From contig CAXIUT010000055.1 of assembly GCA_964035545.1 (NCBI GenBank), forward strand, positions 1 to 15,354: DNA of 15,354 bases. Reading direction: 5' to 3'. The notes beneath the pieces are model-generated. The model was not told the DNA's origin. It ran no database searches and worked only from the letters and a program-made list of their open reading frames with translations. The position numbers and the translations under genes are program-made. Positions 10,604-15,354 of the stretch are shown here, in pieces. This DNA comes from Bugula neritina. Lineage: Eukaryota > Animalia > Bryozoa. Position 1 is the first letter of the stretch. Every line of letters begins with the position of its first letter.

Positions 10604-10846
10604 ATTTAATATATATTTGGTCATAAAAGATAGACCAGTCATCTTTCAAATTTAATCAATATAAAATATTATAAATTATGATTAATGGAGATGATTTCCA
10701 AGATCGAGTTAACTTCTTTGAGGATTGATAATGAATTTATTTTACTTTGATTAATTTTATATAAACTATCAACTTTGTATTGAATATTTGAGCGCTTTTT
10801 ATAAGATTTCAATATTTATTAAGTTTAGCGGGTAATCTTAGACAAA

Positions 10847-13800
10847 ATGAACTGGGACTAACAAGAAGATATCCAAGACAACTTCTAAGAAGCAGAAGAC
10901 TTTGATTTGGAACACTAGGTCACCAACTCATACAACTAAGAACGTCTTCAGAAAGAATATAAAGATTTCAAAAGACCAGAAATTGATCTTGATCCCATCA
11001 GATCTAAAACTGATGATCTTTATATCATGGGTCTCGATATTACTTCTGCAAATAATCCAGATACAGATGAGGAAGGTACACAAATATGAATATAGGTAAA
11101 AGGGTGATGAGACCATAAATAAAGATCTATGGGACTAATGAAAAAGGAAATTCTTTTCTTATTCATGTTAAATAATTTGTTCCCTACTTCTATGTGTCCT
11201 TTCCTCGAGGTTTGGTCAATACGCCTTAAAATTTAGACCAGTTGAGAGTTGCTATAAACAAAAGATTCAAAGATATGTAATAGCAAAAACACAAAAAGGA
11301 ATATTTCAATTCGAGAATGGTAACATAAGAAGCTATTTTGAGGCTCGAGCCTGTTCACAGAGTAAATATATATGGTTATCTTCCGAAATAAAGAGAAAAT
11401 GACTTTTTATACTTGAAAATTCATACATGTACTCCAAATGTTGTGGCTCCTCTTAGAAATCTTTTCCACAGTTAGTTTCAAATTAGTGGAATAAACTTAC
11501 CTCCTCAAACATTTGAAAGCAATATTCCTTATGCTCTTCGTTTTATGGTCGATAAAAATCTAACTGGCATGGGATGGTTCAAAATAGCTGCTCATCAATA
11601 TACTCTGAGATAAAATTTGAAAGACAGTAGTTGTCAGGCTGAAATTGACTGTAATGTGGACGCGATTACTGAATTGAAGAGCGAAGGAGCTTGGGCTAAA
11701 ATTGCTCCTTTAAGAATATTATCTTTTGATATTGAATGTGCAGCATAGCATGGTTTTCCTTCAGCTGATAAAGATCAGATTATTCAAATATGTTGTGTCT
11801 GCAAGACTTTACCAGCTAAAGAAGATTCAGATGAGTATAGAATAGCTTTGGTGCTTAAAGGATGTTCTTCAATATCAGGAGTTTAGATAAAATAAACCGA
11901 CAGCTAGGTTGAACTTCTTCAATTCTTTTAAGATTTTGTTCTAAGTTACGATCCTGACTTTATAATAGGCTACAATATAATTTACTTTGATTTGCCTTAT
12001 ATTTTAGATAGAGCTGTAAAATTAAAAATGAAGGGTTATGGTCATTTCGGTCGATCCAACGTTCTTTCCAGAATTAAGAAAGGAACAATTCAATCAAAGA
12101 TCATGGGCAACCGTGAGACCAAAGATATCAACATTGAAGGAAGAATTCAATTAGATCTACTTATTCATATGCATAGATAACATAAACTATCATCTTATTC
12201 TCTTAATAATGTGAGTTATCATTTCCTAAAAGATCAAAAATAAGATGTCCACCATTCTTAGGTATTTAAATTATTCTTGCAATCTAGAGATACAAGGAAA
12301 AGATTGGCTATCTATTGTGTTAAAGACTCTGAACTTCCTCTTAAACTTCTAGAAAAGTTATGCTGTCTGTTTAATTACTCTTAAATGGCTAGAGTTACAG
12401 GAGTACCTATTAATTTTCTACTTAATAGAGGCCAGCAAATCAAAGTTGTCAGTCAGTTATTGAGAAAAGCAAAGGAAAAATTATTTATTTTGCCAACTAG
12501 TAGAGGTCAAAAAGCTTCAGATGCAAAAGGATTTGATGGAGCATACGTACTAGACCCAATTGTAGGATTTTATAAAGAACCTATAGCCACCTTAGACTTT
12601 GCTTCTCTATATCCATCTATTATGATGGCTCATAACCTTTGTTATACGACTTTAGTAAAAGCAAATCAATTAAATGATTTTTCTTTGACTCAAGAAGATG
12701 TTAAAAAAACACCTTAAGGATTTTATTTTGTTATTAATAAAGATAAAAGATAAGGATTGCTACCATAAATTTTAAATGAGCTGATTACAACTAGAAAAAA
12801 GGCGAAGAAAGATCTTGCTATTTTACAAGAAAAGATTACAGCCAAATAAAATACTAAAAATTATCAAACTAAGGAAGAGGATGAGATGCTGAGGAATGTT
12901 CTTGAAGGTCGTCAATTAGCTTTAAAGATAAGTGCGAATTCTGTATATGGTTTTACTGGTGCAACAGTCGGTCAACTACCTTGTCTTTAGATAAGTTCAT
13001 CAGTCACAGCTTTTGGTCGTGAGATGATCGACAAGACAAGAAATAGAGTGAAGTAGCTTTATCCTGGATCAGAGGTGGTTTATGGAGACACTGATTCTGT
13101 GATGGTGAAGTTTAATTTAGGAGAATATGAATAGATGTAGAAAAAGGATCAAATATTAAGATCTATGCAGCTAGGAAAGTAAGCAGCTACACAGATATCA
13201 GGATAATTCAAGGCTCCAATAAAATTATAATTTGAGAAGGTATATTGTCCATTTTTATTGATGAAGAAGAAGAGATATGTTGGAGTGTATTATAGTAAGA
13301 GTCACTAGACATTCGATAAAATCGACAAGAAGGGATTTTAGAGTGTGAGAAGGGATAATTGCTATTTAATAAGATAGATGTTATAAAATATATTGGATCT
13401 TTTGCTTCGCGAAAACAAAGTCGAGGAAATTCCAACCTACATAAAGAAAGTTATTTCTGAATTGGTTCAGAATAAGATAGATATTTCTAAGCTGGTCATA
13501 ACTAAATCTCTTAACAAAAAGAATTAATCCGATGAAGTTTAAGAAAAAAATACAGGTAAAAATACATACAAAGTTAAGCAGGCTCATGTTGAGTTGGCTA
13601 TAAAGATGAAAAAAAGAGATGAGAATATGAGTCTGAATATTGGAGATAGGATAAATTATGTGATGATTTAAGGTCAGAAGGGCTCTAAAAATTATTAAAA
13701 TGCTTAAGATCCCATTAAAGTGCTAGAGGAAGATATTCCCATTGATTTTGATTACTATATTCAAAAACAAATCAAACCTCCTCTTTAAAGACTTCTGTAT

Positions 13801-14217
13801 AAAACAAAAATAATTCCTAATATTGATGCTCTCTTTACTGGAGATCATACTAAAAGCAGATATATATCAAAAATAAACCGAAGCACTATGCTTGGAGCAT
13901 TTATTAAGGTTCATTCTACTTGCACAAATTGTCCAACTAAGTCAGATAGTCCTTTGTGCTAGAGATGTCAAGGAAGAGCGTTGGATATCCTTGTAACTAA
14001 ACAGTTATAGATGGAGGCAATGAAGGCAGAGTATCAAAAGCTATGGGGAGAGTGTCAGAAATGTCAGGGAAGCATTACTATGGATATTTTATGTTCCAAT
14101 GTTGATTGTCCTATTTACTACAGGAGAATCAAAGTTAAAAAGGATCTGGCTGATAAAGTAAAACAGGTTAACAGACTTGCTACCCTTGAAAATCTAGAAG
14201 AAAAAGAAAACTTTTGA
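10847..14217 (+). CDS. POLD1: DNA polymerase delta catalytic subunit, ~1116 aa, 2 exons (intron 11076-11095)
   Basis: ExoI (LSFDIEC), ExoII ([11 protein letters not shown]), ExoIII (YCVKDS), Pol region II ([20 protein letters not shown]), region III ([17 protein letters not shown]) and region I (YGDTDS), plus C-terminal CysA (CTNC...CERC) and CysB (CQKCQG...CSNVDC). The frame is continuous once TAR=Glu and one 20-nt intron is removed. Confidence 0.97.
11076..11095 (+). other. 20-nt spliceosomal intron (GTACACAAATATGAATATAG)
   Basis: Contains an in-frame TGA; removal joins exon 1 to the frame carrying all the Pol delta motifs. Confidence 0.88.
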
Positions 14218-14286
14218 TTATGATTAATCATCAATCTTATTCTTTATCATTATCATGTTAGTAACCCATTAGTCAAATTCAATAAA

Positions 14287-14355
14287 GGGGTTGGGGTTGG
14301 GGTTGGGGTTGGGGTTGGGGTTGGGGTTGGGGTTGGGGTTGGGGTTGGGGTTGGG
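14287..14355 (+). repeat. Interstitial telomeric tract (GGGGTT)11GGG
   Basis: Perfect G4T2 array between the convergent Pol delta and GNAT genes. Confidence 0.95.
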
Positions 14356-14363
14356 AACATGAA

Positions 14364-15116
14364 TCAATTGATTTTTTTAAACATGATAGCAGGATATCTG
14401 TTGTTTTAATCAACTTATTGGTAGGGTAGATTTCCTTTGAATTCGAAATGATGGCAATCAAGTTAAGCTATAATTAGAAATTAATGTAATTTAAAATATT
14501 TTTTAGTGATTGCATTGGTTGTAATTACAAATCCATACTAGAATCCTTTATTTTTACCTAATTCAATCATCAACTCTATTATCTTTTTGCCTATTCCATG
14601 TCCTAAATGTTCTAATTTGGTAGCTATTCCATGAAAATCAAGTACTTTCCCTTTCTATCTAAGCAACGCCTTAACTTTCTAATCAATTTTATCAAGTAAA
14701 CTCCCAAACATAGCATCTTCCATTTACAATAAATAATTATTTTGATTTTGATAGACTCCTTAACACCTACTATAATCGACAGCTGCACCAACTCCTATCA
14801 CCTAGTCACTCTTATTTCTATTACAAACCACTATACTCAGTTAATTTGTTGTCAATTACTATATACAATGGTTCCAATACCTAGTCGCTGCTCTAGTGGC
14901 TAGTTCTACTAGTTATGGCCTCTGTTTTGAGATTGATTTTATAATTGGATTTTATTATGACATTGATTTTATTATCAATTCAAGAGTTTGTTTTTTGTGA
15001 TTGGGAGTCATTATTCTGAAGGAATAACTTTTATATCTATAAAGCTATTTAAAAGGATGTGAAGTTTTATATTGGCTGTTGCTGAATTGTTGCTATAGAT
15101 GCAATAGTTGATGCAT
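14364..15116 (-). CDS. GNAT-family N-acetyltransferase, arylalkylamine (AANAT)-like, ~250 aa, intronless
   Basis: Open from ATG 15116 to TGA 14364-14366 under TAR=Glu. Segments include 'LSIVVCN..DEVIGV', the acetyl-CoA-binding motif A 'HGIATKLEHLGHGIGKKI', 'LGKNKGFEYGFVITTNAITKKYF' and a C-terminal 'FEFKGNLPY...IMFKKI'. It is absent from the ORF track. Confidence 0.82.
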
Positions 15117-15123
15117 TGTCCTC

Positions 15124-15250
15124 TACTAAATATAGTTCAACTATATCTTTACTAAATATAGTTCAATTAAATCTTATCAAATATAGTTCAATTATATCTT
15201 TACTAAATATAGTTCAATTATATCTTATCTAATATAGTTCAATTATACCT
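15124..15250. repeat. Subtelomeric tandem repeat, 5 x 25/26 bp (core AATATAGTTCAA)
   Basis: Units start near 15128, 15154, 15179, 15205 and 15230, alternating 26/25 bp. The array lies immediately upstream of the GNAT ATG. Confidence 0.88.
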
Positions 15251-15273
15251 TTTGTATATTGTTTAGTGATATG

Positions 15274-15354
15274 GGGGTTGGGGTTGGGGTTGGGGTTGGG
15301 GTTGGGGTTGGGGTTGGGGTTGGGGTTGGGGTTGGGGTTGGGGTTGGGGTTGGG
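15274..15354. repeat. Right telomere (GGGGTT)13GGG
   Basis: Perfect G4T2 array running to the window end. Confidence 0.97.

Noticed and set aside
10423-10642. ORF-track proteins with WG or NP repeats (and the PQ-repeat ORF at 14279-14461)
   Set aside because: They are translations of telomeric G4T2/C4A2 tracts, not genes.
10847-14217. Pseudogene interpretation of the many in-frame TAA/TAG codons
   Set aside because: All catalytic motifs are intact, there are no frameshifts apart from clean introns, and TAR falls systematically at Glu positions.
7210-14217. Other codes: UAR=Gln (table 6), split UAA=Lys/UAG=Glu, or UGA=Trp ambiguous-stop codes
   Set aside because: Both TAA and TAG sit at invariant Glu sites. 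No in-frame TGA remains in the spliced conserved genes, the conserved Trp sites checked use TGG, and every called gene ends at TGA.
14538-14557. 20-nt GT-AG segment in the GNAT gene (GTAAAAATAAAGGATTCTAG, minus strand)
   Set aside because: It lacks the -6 A, and the unspliced frame is open and encodes the GNAT-typical LGKNKGFEYG.

Overview
This is eukaryotic DNA, not prokaryotic: an apparently complete telomere-to-telomere ciliate macronuclear molecule with (C4A2)n at 1-107 and (G4T2)n at 15274-15354. The ORF track looks fragmented because TAA and TAG both encode Glu and TGA is the only stop. This is the peritrich nuclear code (NCBI table 30), and I read it from invariant Glu positions in Pol delta, PP5 and a ROK kinase. 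Retranslated by hand, the window holds at least 9 tightly packed genes: an MFS transporter, a K/E/S-rich low-complexity protein, a MORN-like protein, a hypothetical protein, a ROK-family fructokinase, an 'ALRRSRIEAE'-repeat protein, protein phosphatase 5, DNA polymerase delta catalytic subunit and an AANAT-like GNAT acetyltransferase. Two structural features stand out. First, the 11 introns are nearly uniform in size (ten of 20 nt, one of 19 nt), and all have an A exactly 6 nt from the 3' end. Second, two internal (G4T2)nGGG tracts lie in intergenic DNA, oriented like right-hand telomeres and ending in the same register as the true end. They split the molecule into 10.6, 3.75 and 1.0 kb modules, of which the last two lack a left telomere. 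All translations and alignments were done by eye from remembered family motifs; no database search was run.
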